This document shows positions 63,256 to 64,000 of a stretch of 64,000 nucleotides of DNA, one piece after another. Each line of letters starts with the position of its first letter. Position 1 is the stretch's first letter. The translations under genes and the position numbers were made by a program. Origin of the DNA: a virus (lineage: Duplodnaviria > Caudoviricetes); the IMG/VR virus record IMGVR_UViG_3300036987_000100, positions 11,664 through 75,663 of that record; one strand, 5' to 3'. The notes under the pieces are model-generated. The model searched no databases. It saw only the letters and a list, made by a program, of their open reading frames with translations, and was not told the origin of the DNA.

Positions 63256-63983
63256 GAACGTAGAGACGAAAGAGCCCCCAGAGGATCTGTCATGGGGACC
63301 AAGTCCCTTCGAAGGTATGACGCCAGTGCTTCAGCGGTAGTAATGCTGTCCCGAATCAGGCCGAGTGCTAAGTTACAAGCGTGACAAAGCACCCCTCGAA
63401 CTCTCCCAGTAGCATGATCGTGGTCAATATGAATCTGCTTAGGTGCCATAGCGCCGAAGCTGCTCTTACAAATAGCGCAAGCGTTCTGCTGCTTATTTTT
63501 GAGTTCGATCAATGTCTCTGGAGTGATTCCATATGCCGACTTCAACTTATTCCGACGTATGGCCAGTACTCGGCAAGGCTTACAAACGGACTCTAAACCG
63601 TCTAGGCGATCTTTGCGTCTATGAAACGCCGTCAACGGAAGGTCTAGCGCACAAGCACCTAGGCAGCGTTTCTTTCCGGAGCCTAAAGCACGCCTAGCCT
63701 TAGCGCGCACAATGGCAACATAAGCGTCTCTAGCGTGTTGTGCGCGCGGCCGAAGCTTACCATTTGCTGCGTTCTGTTTGGCTACTTCTTGTTTCCAGCA
63801 CCCACAGGAGTTACTCCTGTGACTCCTTAGAGTTCCGCCATTAACTATCCGCTCAGCGCCGCAGTCACATCTGACAAACCACATGACAGCCTTGGTGCTC
63901 GTTTTGAACGAGAGGACCGGCGCTCGCGAGAGCACGATCCACCGTCCAAAACGAGCACCAGTTATGTCTACTAGTTTAGGCAT
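63252..63983 (-). CDS. Homing endonuclease with C-terminal endonuclease VII-type HNH domain
   Basis: DITGARFGRW...VRCDCG N-terminus; Q...CAIC...HIDHDH.TG.VRG.LC..CN..LG C-terminus. Confidence 0.85.
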   Translation of the reverse strand: MPKLVDITGARFGRWIVLSRAPVLSFKTSTKAVMWFVRCDCGAERIVNGGTLRSHRSNSCGCWKQEVAKQNAANGKLRPRAQHARDAYVAIVRAKARRALGSGKKRCLGACALDLPLTAFHRRKDRLDGLESVCKPCRVLAIRRNKLKSAYGITPETLIELKNKQQNACAICKSSFGAMAPKQIHIDHDHATGRVRGVLCHACNLALGLIRDSITTAEALASYLRRDLVPMTDPLGALSSLRS

Positions 63984-64000
63984 CGTCGATTTCAGCCAGT

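Noticed and set aside
955-63596. The many plus-strand and nested ORFs in the track (for example 16541-17419, 20414-21226, 22421-23296, 55407-56216)
   Set aside because: They are antisense shadows of GC-rich minus-strand genes, with no motifs or RBS support
1-64000. CRISPR array, tRNA or rRNA genes
   Set aside because: The palindromes are kb apart, not spacer-separated; no cloverleaf or T-loop consensus was found by eye (a tRNAscan-SE run would be decisive)
1-64000. Stop-codon reassignment as seen in some large phages
   Set aside because: Long ORFs are intact in the standard code, and TAA, TAG and TGA all end genes with normal start overlaps

Overview
Gene-dense, almost entirely minus-strand fragment of a large tailed dsDNA phage with a contractile (myovirus-type) tail, jumbo-phage-like in gene sizes. 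The host is probably a myxobacterium or another deltaproteobacterium; this is an inference from one plus-strand, GC-richer Cys-repeat lipoprotein gene. Modules: (1) 70-9705, replication: SSB, primase, DnaB helicase with a 428-aa LAGLIDADG intein in the P-loop, DnaC-like loader, HTH initiator containing iteron-like repeats, and HNH and T5orf172 nucleases. (2) 9750-16300, accessory region with sigma70-like promoters, two candidate non-coding RNAs, the Cys-rich lipoprotein and a candidate unimolecular spanin. (3) 16363-54176, virion module: gp25, gp6/J, gpV/gp5, gpD/gp27, LysM, tape measure, gpI/gp7-like, and many fibre, LamG and beta-helix proteins. (4) 54297-63983, accessory nucleotide-signalling and RNA-repair genes: (p)ppGpp hydrolase, HD-GYP-like protein, VWA protein, HAD_SAK phosphatase, RlaP-like nucleotidyltransferase and an EndoVII-type homing nuclease. 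The most striking unexplained signal is a 16-bp palindrome, GCGACCA(CG/CA/TG)TGGTCGC, at nine sites, both between and inside genes, sharing the CCACGTGG core of parS. All family assignments come from motif recognition by eye, not from database searches. No rRNA, tRNA, CRISPR array or reverse transcriptase was seen.
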